Of a stretch of 34,321 bases of DNA, positions 1 through 10,500 are shown in pieces. Positions within the stretch are counted from its first letter, which is position 1; each line of letters opens with the position of its first letter. The notes beneath the pieces were generated by a model that was not told the DNA's origin, did no database searches, and saw only the letters and a list, made by a program, of their open reading frames with translations. The stretch comes from an uncultured bacterium. GTDB taxonomy: Bacteria; Actinomycetota; Actinomycetes; Mycobacteriales; SCTD01. The stretch is from contig CAXTFU010000005.1 in NCBI GenBank assembly GCA_964243385.1, forward strand, positions 8,713-43,033, in the 5' to 3' direction. Made by a program: the position numbers and the translations under genes.

Positions 1-123
1 GGGTGCGGCCCCGGCCGCGGCGTCGCGCTGGTCGTCCTGCAGGGCGTCGAGCCACGCCGCGGCCGCCTCGGCCATGCGGCTGGCCACCTCCCGGCGGGGT
101 CCGCGGTCGGCGGGGGCGGCCAT
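1..123 (-). CDS. 5' fragment of a probable DUF3500-domain protein (runs off the window)
   Basis: ATG at 123 reads MAAPADRGPRREVASRMAEAAAAWLDALQDDQRDAA, resembling the DUF3500 N-terminal helix. TACGTT -10 hexamer lies 7 nt upstream (131-136). Only 41 codons are visible. Confidence 0.5.
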   Translation of the reverse strand, partial: MAAPADRGPRREVASRMAEAAAAWLDALQDDQRDAAAGAAP

Positions 124-189
124 GCCGCGCAACGTAGCGCGGCCCCCGCACGACCCCCGCCCGCCGCCCCGTCCTCGGGCGGGCCGCCG

Positions 190-840
190 TCAGCGGCGGC
201 GCGCGCGCAGCACCTCGTCGCCCGTGTGCGAGTGCCCGTCACCGCCGTGCGGACGAGGACGGTGGTCGGCGACGACCACGTCCCATCCCGCCGTGTCCAG
301 CTCGGCGGCGACCTGGCCCGCCGTCGCGAACCGGTCGGCCCCCCACAGCGCGGCGCGCTCCTCGTCCCATGGGTGCCCGACCCACAGCAGCGTGCCGCCG
401 GGTGCCACCGCGGCTGCCAGCCGGGCCAGCAGCGGTGCGCGGTCGGCCGCCCTCGGGTGCAGGAAGTGGGCGGCGACCAGGTCGTAGGCGCCGGGCGGCG
501 GCGAGTGCGCGTCGACGTCGGCCCGCACCCACTGCACGCGGTCGGCGAGCCCGGCCGCGGCGGCGTGCTCCGCTGCCCGGTCCAGCGCCACCTGCGACCA
601 GTCCAGGCCGGTCACCTGCCAGCCCCGTCCGGCGAGCCACAGCACGTCCGCGCCCTCGCCGCAGCCGACGTCCAGCGCCCGACCGGGCGCCAGCCCGCCG
701 GCCTCGGCGACCAGCGTCGGGTTGACGCGGCCGGTCCACAGGGCCGCGGACGCGCCGTAGCGCTCCTCCCAGGACGCGTGGTCGTGGCCGGTCCCGCCCG
801 GCGCCGGCACCCGGTCGTGCCCGTGCTCGTCGTCGCCCAC
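190..840 (-). CDS. Class I SAM-dependent methyltransferase
   Basis: WEERY...W(T/S)GRVN and motif I ALDVGCGEGAD. GTG at 840 has a GAGGAG SD 5 nt upstream; the longer 190..1266 ORF extension does not look coding. Confidence 0.9.
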   Translation of the reverse strand: MGDDEHGHDRVPAPGGTGHDHASWEERYGASAALWTGRVNPTLVAEAGGLAPGRALDVGCGEGADVLWLAGRGWQVTGLDWSQVALDRAAEHAAAAGLADRVQWVRADVDAHSPPPGAYDLVAAHFLHPRAADRAPLLARLAAAVAPGGTLLWVGHPWDEERAALWGADRFATAGQVAAELDTAGWDVVVADHRPRPHGGDGHSHTGDEVLRARRR

Positions 841-989
841 CTGTCTCCTCGAGGTCCGTGGCGCCGGTCGTCCTGCGCCTGCAGGCACGGTCGGCTCGGC
901 CTTCTGCGGAGGCCGAGCCGCCCGTCCGGGCCCCGACGGCCGGGCGTGCACCGACCGTGCCGCCCGGCGCGCTGCCCGGGCGAGTCCTC

Positions 990-1004
990 TTGCTGCTCCT
1001 GCAA
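990..1004. promoter_or_regulatory. Candidate palindromic operator TTGC-N7-GCAA in the divergent intergenic region
   Basis: TTGCtgctcctGCAA in an AT-richer patch between the divergent methyltransferase and esterase genes. Confidence 0.3.
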
Positions 1005-1094
1005 CACCTGGGCCGCGACCGCCGGCCGACGGGAGATGCGGCCGAACCCGCCGAGCTCGTGGCGCCGCCCGGCGGCACGCCCCAGGATGGCGGC

Positions 1095-2153
1095 ATGACG
1101 CTCCCAGGCTTCCCCGTCGGCACCACCTGGTCGCACGCGTGGGCGGGGCGGCTGGAGCAGCGCACCGTCGTGAGCGCCGCGCTGCGCGGCAACCCGCTCG
1201 GCGACCCGCACGAGCGGCCGGTCTGGGTGCAGCTCCCGGCGTCGTACGACGACGACCCGGGCGCACGGCACCCGGTCGTCTACGTGGCGCAGGGCTACAC
1301 CGGCCACGTGTCCATGTGGGCGAACCGGCGCGCCTACGCGCACACCCTGCCCGAGCAGGTCGACGCCCTGCTCGCCCGCGACGACGTCCCGCCGGTGCTC
1401 GTCGTCTACCTCGACGCCTGGACGTCCTACGGCGGGTCGCAGTTCGTCGACTCCCCCGGCACCGGCGACTACTGCACCTACGTCAGCGAGGACGTCGTCG
1501 GCTTCGTCGACGCCGAGTACCGCACGGTCGCCGACCCGCGCTCGCGCGCCGTGGCGGGCAAGAGCTCCGGCGGGTTCGCCGCGATGCTGCTGCCCGTCCT
1601 GCGTCCCGACGTGTTCGCGGGCGGGCTGGCCACCCACGCCGGGGACGCGCTGTACGAGGGCTGCTACCTGTCCGAGCACGGCAAGGTGGTGCGCGCCCTG
1701 CGCCGGTTCGACGGCGACCCGCACGCCTGGTGGGCCGACTTCGTCGCGCGCGGCGAGGCGCAGCCGCACCCCGACGACATGCTGCTGCTCCTGCAGTACG
1801 GCTGCAGCGCCGCGTTCACCCCCGGTGCGGACCGCCGTCCGGTGCTGCCGTTCGACACCCGCACCGGCAAGCTCGACGACGACCTCTGGTCGCGCTGGCT
1901 CGCCCTCGACCCGGTGCGGATGGCGCCCGCGGCCGGGGACGTCCTGCGCTCGCTGTCGGCCATCTGGGTCGACGCCGGCACGCGCGACGAGTGGTACCTC
2001 GACCTGGGCGCCGAGGCCTACGTGCAGGAGCTGCGGGCGCTCGGGGTGCGCGAGGACGTCCTGCACGCCGAGACCTACGACCAGACGCACGCCGTCCCGA
2101 CGTCGCAGTACGTCAAGGCGCTGCGCCACCTCGCCGAGCGCCTGCCGCGCTGA
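1095..2153 (+). CDS. Alpha/beta-hydrolase esterase (enterochelin esterase-like, putative esterase family)
   Basis: Nucleophile elbow GKSSGG, N-terminal LRGNPLGDPHER, candidate triad Asp (DAGTRDE) and His (TH). CAGGAT lies 6 nt before ATG 1095. Confidence 0.85.
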   Translation: MTLPGFPVGTTWSHAWAGRLEQRTVVSAALRGNPLGDPHERPVWVQLPASYDDDPGARHPVVYVAQGYTGHVSMWANRRAYAHTLPEQVDALLARDDVPPVLVVYLDAWTSYGGSQFVDSPGTGDYCTYVSEDVVGFVDAEYRTVADPRSRAVAGKSSGGFAAMLLPVLRPDVFAGGLATHAGDALYEGCYLSEHGKVVRALRRFDGDPHAWWADFVARGEAQPHPDDMLLLLQYGCSAAFTPGADRRPVLPFDTRTGKLDDDLWSRWLALDPVRMAPAAGDVLRSLSAIWVDAGTRDEWYLDLGAEAYVQELRALGVREDVLHAETYDQTHAVPTSQYVKALRHLAERLPR

Positions 2154-2158
2154 GCACG

Positions 2159-2190
2159 CCCTTGACAACACATCTTGTCAAGGGGACGGT
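2159..2190 (+). promoter_or_regulatory. Promoter (-35 TTGACA, 17 bp, -10-like GACGGT) overlapped by perfect operator CCCTTGACAA-N6-TTGTCAAGGG
   Basis: 10-bp perfect inverted repeat at 2159-2168/2175-2184, directly upstream of the HTH regulator start at 2197. Confidence 0.75.
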
Positions 2191-2196
2191 GGAGCC

Positions 2197-2775
2197 GTGC
2201 ACGAGCTCGAGGTCATCGAGGACGCAGCGACCGCCGCCACTGCGCTGGACCCCGTGCGGGCCCGGCTGCTCGGCGAGCTGGCCGTCGCCTCCTCCGCAGC
2301 CGGGCTGGCCAGCCGGGTCGGCCTGGCGCGGCAGAAGGTCAACTACCACCTCAAGGCGCTCGAGGCGCACGGCCTGGTCGAGCTGACCGAGGAGCGCCGG
2401 CACGGCGGCATCACCGAGCGGGTGCTGCAGGCCACGGCAGCGTCGTACGTCGTGTCCCCGGCCGCCGTCACCCCGTCGGCGGCCGACCCGGACGCGAACG
2501 ACGACCACCTGTCCGCGGGCTACCTCGTCGCGCTGGCCGGGCGGCTGGTGCGGGAGGTCGGCGAGCTCGCGCGACGGGCCGGCGCCACCGGGAGGCGCCT
2601 GCCCACCTTGACCATCGACACCCGGATCGGCTTCCGGTCGGCCGCTGACCGGGCCGCCTTCGCCGACGACCTGACCGCGGCGGTGCTCGACCTGGCTGCC
2701 CGGTACCACCACGACGACGGCCGGCCGCACCGGCTCGTCGTCGCAGCCCACCCACTGCCCGAGGAGCACCCGTGA
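2197..2775 (+). CDS. ArsR-like winged helix-turn-helix transcriptional regulator
   Basis: LDPVRARLLGEL...SAAGLASRVGLARQKVNYHLKALEAHGLVE wHTH pattern; GTG start at 2197. Confidence 0.88.
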   Translation: MHELEVIEDAATAATALDPVRARLLGELAVASSAAGLASRVGLARQKVNYHLKALEAHGLVELTEERRHGGITERVLQATAASYVVSPAAVTPSAADPDANDDHLSAGYLVALAGRLVREVGELARRAGATGRRLPTLTIDTRIGFRSAADRAAFADDLTAAVLDLAARYHHDDGRPHRLVVAAHPLPEEHP

Positions 2776-3605
2776 GCACGAGCCCGAACGTCCCGCACCG
2801 CCTCGAGTTCAGCGTCGAGGTCCCCGGCACGCCTGAGCAGGTCTGGCAGGCGATCGCCACCGCGCAGGGCATGAGCGCCTGGTTCCTGCCGACCGAGATC
2901 GAGGAGCGCGAGGGCGGCACGCTGCACTTCGCCATGGGCCCGGAGATGGGGTCGGACGGTCACGTCACGCGCTGGGACCCGCCGCACCGCCTGGTCTACG
3001 AGGAGGACTGGGCCGCCCTCATGGGCAAGGACCCGGCGACCCTCAGCCCGCTCACGTCCGAGTTCGTCGTCGAGGCGCAGTCCGGCGGCACCTGCGTCGT
3101 GCGCGTCACCAGCAGCGGCTTCGGCACCGGCGCCGCCTGGGAAGAGGAGTTCTGGGCGGACATGGGCAGCAGCTGGCTGCCGTTCTTCGACAACCTGCGC
3201 CTCTACCTCGCCCACTTCCCGGGGCAGGAGGCGACCCCCCTCGAGGCGAGCGCCTCGCACTCCGGTGAGCCGGCGCAGCTGTGGCAGGCGGTGCGCGACG
3301 CGCTCGGCCTCGGGGACGAGGGCACGGCGGTCGAGGTGCGCGGTGCCACCGGCACGGTCGAGCGCGTGGGCGAGCGTCAGGCGCTCGTCCGGCTCAGCGC
3401 GCCGGTCCCCGGGATGCTCACCGCCTTCGTCCACGGTGACGGCGACGGCACGGTGACGGTGGGCGTGCGCGCCTACCTGTTCTCCGCCGACGCCGCGCAG
3501 TGGGTCCGTCGTGAGGAGCCCGCCTGGGCGGCCTGGCTGCAGTCGCTCGTGGTCCCGGCCCAGCAGCGGCTCGGGGCAGGAGCGGGGCTCAGAGCTCGTC
3601 GGTGA
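2772..3605 (+). CDS. SRPBCC (START/AHA1-like) ligand-binding domain protein
   Basis: VEVPGTPEQVWQAIAT...WF and WDPPHRLVY motifs; GTGA overlap with the regulator stop. Confidence 0.85.
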   Translation: MSTSPNVPHRLEFSVEVPGTPEQVWQAIATAQGMSAWFLPTEIEEREGGTLHFAMGPEMGSDGHVTRWDPPHRLVYEEDWAALMGKDPATLSPLTSEFVVEAQSGGTCVVRVTSSGFGTGAAWEEEFWADMGSSWLPFFDNLRLYLAHFPGQEATPLEASASHSGEPAQLWQAVRDALGLGDEGTAVEVRGATGTVERVGERQALVRLSAPVPGMLTAFVHGDGDGTVTVGVRAYLFSADAAQWVRREEPAWAAWLQSLVVPAQQRLGAGAGLRARR

Positions 3606-3750
3606 CGAGGACGTCGATCAGCTCGAGCAGCTCCTCGAGCAGGTGCTCGGCATCGGCGAGGACGTCCTGCTCGGAGAGCCGGTGCGAGGAAGAGCGGACT
3701 CGCTCCCTGGCACTCGCGTCGAACCCCGCATCCGCTGCGAGGGCCGGCAC
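3589..3750 (-). CDS. Possible 53-aa small acidic helical protein
   Basis: GTG-initiated ORF ending ...LSEQDVLADAEHLLEELLELIDVLVTDEL*. The C-terminal half has strongly G/C third positions. Too short for the supplied ORF track. Confidence 0.3.
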   Translation of the reverse strand: MPALAADAGFDASARERVRSSSHRLSEQDVLADAEHLLEELLELIDVLVTDEL

Positions 3751-3778
3751 GCCCGGGGGACGGCATCATGGGCTGGTG

Positions 3779-4342
3779 ATGGGCGCGGATCAGGTGGCCG
3801 ACCTGCAGGTCCGGCTGGCGGAGCGCGGCGTCGACTGGTGCGTCGTCGGCGGGTGGGGTGTCGACGCCCTGCTGGGCCGGGTGACCCGGCTGCACGAGGA
3901 CGTCGACGTGCTGCTGTCACGAGCAGACGCCCAGGCAGCCCTGACGCTGCTGGAGCAGGACGGCTTCCAGCTCGTCGACCGGTGGTCGGAGAGCCGCGAC
4001 GTCCCCGGGCACCACCCTCTCGTGGGCGAGCCGGTGCCGTCGGCGTTCGTCCTGAGACACACGGACGGTCGGGAGGTCGACGTCCACCTCGACGACACCG
4101 TCACCGGACGGGTCGTCCCCCTGTGGGACACCGAACGGCGGCTCGAGGCGGGTGACCTCGCGGCGACCGGGTCGGTCGACGGTGTCGCCGTCCGCTGCAT
4201 GACCGCTGCGATGCAGCTGACCTGCCACCAGGGCTACGACCTGCCCCCCGCGCAGGTTGCCGACGTCCGCCTCCTGCGGCGGCTCGTCCAGCCGGACGCG
4301 ACGTCGTCCGACCGCCGCGGCGACGACCGCGGAGCAGGCTGA
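3779..4342 (+). CDS. Nucleotidyltransferase of the lincosamide Lnu(A/C/D/E) / aminoglycoside-2''-adenylyltransferase family
   Basis: GGWGVDALLGRVTRLHEDVD, EVDVH and QLTCHQGYD motifs. Confidence 0.8.
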   Translation: MGADQVADLQVRLAERGVDWCVVGGWGVDALLGRVTRLHEDVDVLLSRADAQAALTLLEQDGFQLVDRWSESRDVPGHHPLVGEPVPSAFVLRHTDGREVDVHLDDTVTGRVVPLWDTERRLEAGDLAATGSVDGVAVRCMTAAMQLTCHQGYDLPPAQVADVRLLRRLVQPDATSSDRRGDDRGAG

Positions 4343-4515
4343 CCACCGGCTCCGTCGCTCGGGGTCCGCGACGCCACCGACGCACGCAGCGCCGGGCCGC
4401 CACCCGCCAGCGCGAGCTGTGCGACCGCGCCGGGCGTCGGGTGGTACCAGGTCCTCGACGGACCGGGCGGTGACGACCCCCACCTCCGGACCATGGGGAC
4501 TGGTCATTCGTCGTC

Positions 4516-7500
4516 ATGTGCGAGGAGCGTCACCAGGCCGACGACCCCCGGGTGAGCAGACACGTCGTGCGCGGTGGACCGGCCCTCCGGCAGGGCGGTC
4601 GGCGCGGCGCGGTGCTGCAGCTGCTGGCGCTGCTCCTGCTGACCTGGGCGACGGGGCTGACCGGCTCCGTCGTCGTGGCCAACGTCGTCCGCGCCCTGGT
4701 CGGGGTCGAGATCGACCTCCTGACCGCCGCCGACGGCGCGGCCCCCGTGTCGGTCGGCGTGCTCGCGTACGCCCAGGGGACAGCGGCGCTCGGACTGGTG
4801 GCGCTGCTGTCTGCGGCTGCGCTGCTCGCCGGGGCCGTCGAGCTCACCCGGACCGCCCGGTCCGGTGAGCAGGTGCGGGCCTGGACGCCCTTCCTGCGCG
4901 GGCTGTCCCGCACCCCGGCTGTCGCGCGCGGTCTGGCGGTGGTGCTCCTGCTCGCCGCGCTGGCAGTCCTGGTCAGCGCCGTCCTGCTCGTGCTGTCCGT
5001 CGTCCTCCTGCCTGCCGCTGCCGTCCTCGCCACGATCTGGTGGCGCCGGCCCGCCTGGCGGCGGTCGTGGATGCGCGGGCTGCTCGTGGCCGCGGTGCCG
5101 CTGGGCGTCGGAGCTGCTGTCGTCGTGCGGTGGGCCCTGTGGCTGCCGTTCGTCGTCGTCGACGGCGCCGGGATCCGCGCCGCGCTCCGGCACAGCGCGG
5201 ACACAGCGTCGGGCCGCGTGCTCCGCACCGCGCGGTCCCTGACGGCAGTGGCTGTCCTCGCCGTCGTGCCGGCGACGCTGCTGGCCGGCTCGTCGGCCCT
5301 CGGAGCGCCCGCCGCCGTGGTGGGCGTCGGCACGCTGCTGCTCGTCGTCGGCCTGCTGGTCGCCCTCGCCGTCGTGGCCACGGTCCTGCACGAGGACGTC
5401 GCCCTCGCGGCAGTCGTCCCGCGCCAGCGCCCGCCCGCCCGGCGGCTCCGGCGCCTCGCACCGAGCCCGGCCGTGACCCTCGTCCTGCTCATCGGCCTGC
5501 TGGCGCAGAGCGGCTGGTCGGCGCCCGTCGCCGCGGCCGACGCGCCGACCGCGTCCGCCGTCACCGTCGTCGTCACCAGCCTGGGAGACGCGCTGGACAC
5601 GGCCGGGCAGTGCGCGAGCGACTCGGCCACCTGCACCCTGCGCGCGGCGGTCGAGACAGCGCCAGCCGGCGGCACCGTCGTGTTCGGCGTCACCGGCGCG
5701 ATCCAGCTGGTGCAGACCCTCCACGTGCGGCAGTCGTTGACGATCGACGGCACCGGACAGCGGATCACCCTGAGGAGCCCGTCGAGCGGCACGGCGGTCC
5801 TGCTCGGGGCGGGGTCGGGCGGCGGTGACGAGACCCCGCCGGGCGGGGGTGACGAGACCCCGCCGGGCGGGGGTGACGAGACGCCTCCTGAGCAGACCGC
5901 TCCGGCGGGCAGCGGGAGCTGGGCGCTGCGCAACCTGACCTTCCTGGGGGCCTACGCCGACGGTCACGGCGTGCTGGTCGGCAGCGGCTCGGCGATCGTC
6001 GAGAACGCCACCTTCACGCGGCACAAGACGCTGGACACCCTCGGGAGCGCCCTCTACGCGGCGAACGGCGGCCTGTCGGTCGTGAACAGCACGTTCGTCG
6101 ACAACAGCGCGATGACGGCGGGCGGGACCGTGGCCGCCAGCCCCTCCGTGCCGCTGTCCGTCAACGCCAGCACCTTCGTCGGCAACCACGGCGGCGGTGT
6201 GCGGGGGGCCGGGGCGACGATCGCCAACAGCGTCTTCCGCGGTGCCTCCGGCGGCTTCAACTGCGACGTGTCCGCGAGCGTCAGCGGCAACGTGTCGAAC
6301 GACGGCTCCTGCGCCACCGACGTCGGGGGCGTTCCCGACCCGTCCCGCACGAGCCTCACGGACGCCCAGCTCGCGCTGCAGGCACTCGGCGACAGCACGG
6401 GCCCCGTCGAGACCGTCGCGCTGCGCGCGGGCAGTGCTGCGATCGCCGCCGGCGCACCGGCGACCTGTCCCAGCCACGACGCGCGCGGTGAGGTGCGCGG
6501 CGGGACCTGCGACGCGGGCGCCTACCAGACCGCGAACGGCACGACCACGACGATCGGTGCGACGAACCCGGCACCCTTCGGCTCCCCGATCACCGTCACC
6601 GTGACGGTGACCAACCCGCAGGGGGCGCCGACCGGCTCCGTGGAGCTCACGGGCACGCCCGCGGGCACCTCGACGGCGTCGCTGACCGCCGGCACCGGCC
6701 TCGGCGTCAGCACCGCCGCCTTCACCCTCACGCCGCCCGCGGGCACGCACGCGCTGCAGGCGACGTACGTGCCGGACGCGGGGCTGTCCGCGAGCACGGG
6801 GTCGCTGGACCTGGTGGTGCAGGAGCAGACCAGCGCCACCACGCTCGAGGTCACGCCCGCCGGCAGCTCGAGGCCGGGGACCCCGGTCACCCTCACCGCG
6901 AGGGTCGCCAACGGCGGCGACGTCGCGCACGAGCAGCCCACCGGGTCGGTCGACTTCGCGAGCGGCAGCACCGCGCTCGGCCGCGCCGCGCTCGTCGCCG
7001 GCGTCGCGACCTGGACCGGCGTGCTGCCGCTCGGGTCCCACGACCTCACCGCGGTGTACCTCCCGGGCAACGGCTTCCTCACCTCGACCGGGACCGCGAG
7101 GCACAGCGTGCGGAGCGTCAGCCGCGTGACCGTGGACGCTCCCGGGACGGTCGTCCACGGCGCGCCCTTCACCCTTCACGCGAGCCTCCCGGCCGGCGCG
7201 ACGGGCCGCGTCGTCTTCTCCGGTCGCACGACGGACCGCGTCTGGTCGTCCGCCCCCGTGCCGATCACCGCGGGGACGGCGACGACGCAGTGGACCCAGG
7301 TCCTGGCCCCCGGACAGTGGTCCTTCACCGCGGAGTACGGCGGCGACGAGTCCCAGGAGCGGGCGACCTCCGAGCCCGCCGACACCACCGTCACGCCCGC
7401 CGGCACCGGCGTCGTCCTGACCGGTCCGTCGCGGAGCACCACGAGCGGTCAGCCGGCGCCGTTCACCGCCACCGTCGACGCGAGGCTGACGCCGGCGCTG

Positions 7501-10500
7501 CCGACGGGGAGCGTCGAGCTGCGCGCCGACGGCACCCTGGTGGCCTCGGCCGTCCTCGTGGACGGCGTCGCGTCGCTCGCGCCGACCGGCATCCCGGTCG
7601 GGACGGACCGCTCGCTCGTCGCGACGTACCTGCCGGACACGGCCGGCTTCACGACGAGTGCGTCGACTGCCGTCCCGCACACGGTCTCGCGGGGCAGCAC
7701 CACCACCCGCCTGGCCGCGCCGGCCACGTCCCGCTCCGGCGAGACCGTCGCGCTCGTCGCCACGGTCGCCCCTGTCGCACCGTCGACGGCTGCCCCGGCC
7801 GGCCACGTCACCTTCTCCGCCGGCAGCACCGACCTCGGCAGTGCGGCGCTGGTCGACGGCGTCGCCACCCTGTCGACGACCGCCCTGCCGGTCGGCACCA
7901 GCGCCCTCACCGCCTCCGCCACCCCCACCTCGGAGCTCGCGGGCAGCACGTCCTCCGCCCTGCAGCACGCCGTCAGCCGGTCGGCCACCACCGTCTCCCT
8001 GACGAGCGACGAGCCGGCGCCCGGCCCCGGCCAGCCGCTCACCCTCACCGCCACGGTGGCGGTGACGGCGCCGGGCTCGGGCACGCCGACCGGGACGGTC
8101 GCCTTCCGCGACGGGACCGCCGTGCTCGCCACCGTGCCGGTCAGCGGGGGCAGCGCGGTCCTCCACCTCGCCGGCCTCACCGGAGGCACGCACGCGCTGA
8201 CCGCGACGTACGCCGGTGACGCCAGCCGGACCGGCAGCGACGTCGCGCTGACGGTGACCGTCGCGAAGGTCGCGGCCCTCGTCCAGATCGTGGACGTCTC
8301 GCCCGAGCCGTCGCGCTTCGGCTCGCCGGTGACCGTGGTCGTCTCGGTGCGGGGAGCCACCGGGCTGCCCGTCAGCGGGGACGTCGAGCTGACCTGGGGC
8401 GGATCCACGGTCGTCGGCCGCGCCGCGGTCCTGGACGGTGTGGCCACCGTCGTCGTCAGCGACCTGGGCGTCGGTCGCACCACCCTCGCCGCGCGCTTCC
8501 TGGGAGACGCCCACCACGTCGCGGCTGCGGACGAGGCGCTGACCTGGCACACCGTCCTGCCCGCGACGCCGCCGGTCCTGCTGTCGTCGGAGGCCAGCCC
8601 GACCCGGTACGGGGAGCGCATCCGCCTGTTCGCCGACGTCAGCCCGGTCGCCGGTCGCGTGCCGACCGGCGCGGTCACCTTCACGGTCGCCGGCGGCGTG
8701 CCGGTCCGCTCGACCCACTTCGACGCCGCCGGCCGCGCGTCCGCCGACGTCTACCCGGGGCGGGCCGGGCTCCTCGGCGTCTCGGTCAGCGTCGCCGGCG
8801 ACCCCTGGTTCGAGCCGCTGCGCGCCGACGGTCTCGTCCACGAGGTCACCGCAGGGTCCGCCACGGTCACCCTCGAGTCGGTCGCGCCCGCCGTGGTCGG
8901 CGAGCCGACGTCGCTGATCGCACGGGTCGGACCGGCGGCGGCGCACGGCATCGGGGGGGTCCGCTTCTTCGACGGGGCGGACGAGCTCGGCATCGCAGCC
9001 GTGGACGACCTCGGCCGCGCCGTCCTGCGCCCGACGTTCGGCGCGAAGGGGGTGCACCGCCTGACCGCCCTCTACGACAACACGTCAGGCACCTTCGACC
9101 AGGTGCGCTCCGCGCCACTGCTGCTGCCCGTCGCCGGTCGGGCCGTGTCGTTCGGCATGCTCGCCGGCGGGTCGACCTACGGCGACGACGCCGCGTACAC
9201 GGTCCGGCTCTTCACGACCCGGGCGCACACCGACGAGCCGACCGGTTCGGTCTCGGTGCGCCTCGGCGACCGCGACCTCGGCACCGCCGCGCTCGGCACG
9301 TCGGCGCCGCTCGGCCAGGGCGTGATGCTCACCACGAAGGTGCCGCTGGGCCGCTCGCTGGAGCCGGGGTCGTACGCCGTCACCGTCACCTACAGCGGCG
9401 ACGCCGCCTTCGAGACCGTCAGCCAACCGGCGACGCTCACCGTCGACAGGCGGCTCCTGGTCACCTCGCTCGATCCGCCCGCCCCGAGCCCGGCCCTGGC
9501 GGGGCAGCCCGTCCGCCTGTCCGGCCGGATCGCGCTGCCGCCGACTGCCGCCGGCGTCCTGCCGCCCACGGGGACGCTGCAGCTGGGCCGCGGCGGAGCC
9601 TCCTGCACCGTCCCGATCGGGGACGGTGGCGGCTCGTGCACCGTCGCGTTCCGCGGCGACCCGGCCGAGGAGCAGCTGCACGCCGTCTACAGCGGCGACA
9701 GCCGGTACTGGGCGCTCCCCTCGCCGACGGTGCGCCTGCCCGTCGTGCGCAGCACGGCCCGGATCGAGCTGAGCACAGCGCTGCCGGACGGAGGCACCTG
9801 GAACGACGCAGAGGCGGGCAGCGTCACCTGGAGGACGACCGCCACGACCCCGACACCCGTGCAGGGCCGGGTGGAGGTCTGGACCTCCGAGGGGCAGCAG
9901 GCGAGCTGCCCGACCACGTCGACGGGCAGCTGCGACGTCCGGTTCTCCGCAGCGACGACCAGCGGATGGGTCGAGGTGCGCTTCGCCGGCGACGCGACCT
10001 ACGTCCCGTCGACGCGGCGGCAGGTGCTGTCCGTGCTGGGCTGCCACGACGTCCGCGCCACGTCCGGCGGACGGGTGCTCACCGCGCCGAACTGCGGCCG
10101 CACGAAGTACCTCGCCGGGACGGCCGTGTCGCTCGAGGCGCCGGAGCGTCCTGGATCCACCTTCCTCGGCTGGGCCACCGACCGGACCCCCGGCACCGTC
10201 CTGGAGCCCAGCCCGCTGGGCGTCGGCCGCGACCTGGTGGCGGAGCCGCGCTACCAGCCGGTCTGCTTCACCCTGTCGGTGACGTCCTACCCGGCCTCGC
10301 TGCGGACGGTCACCCCGTCCCCGGCGCCCGACTGCGACGACGCCGTCGACCCGTCCTTCACCCCGAGGGACGTGGGGGCGATCGCCCGCAGCGAGGTCGC
10401 CGCCGGCCGCATGCGCTACCGCGTCGGCACGCGCGTCGAGCTGCCGACCTACTCCGAGCGGCTCAGCCCGACGATGACAGCTCCGGTGCGGTGGTACGGG

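Noticed and set aside
4488-4512. ECF-like promoter GGACC-N16-CGTC before the giant gene
   Set aside because: Imperfect consensus and too close to ATG 4516; cannot be supported without TSS data.
8953-8959. G7 run in the giant gene as an ON/OFF slippage switch
   Set aside because: Too short to be distinguished from chance in 8.6 kb of very GC-rich DNA.
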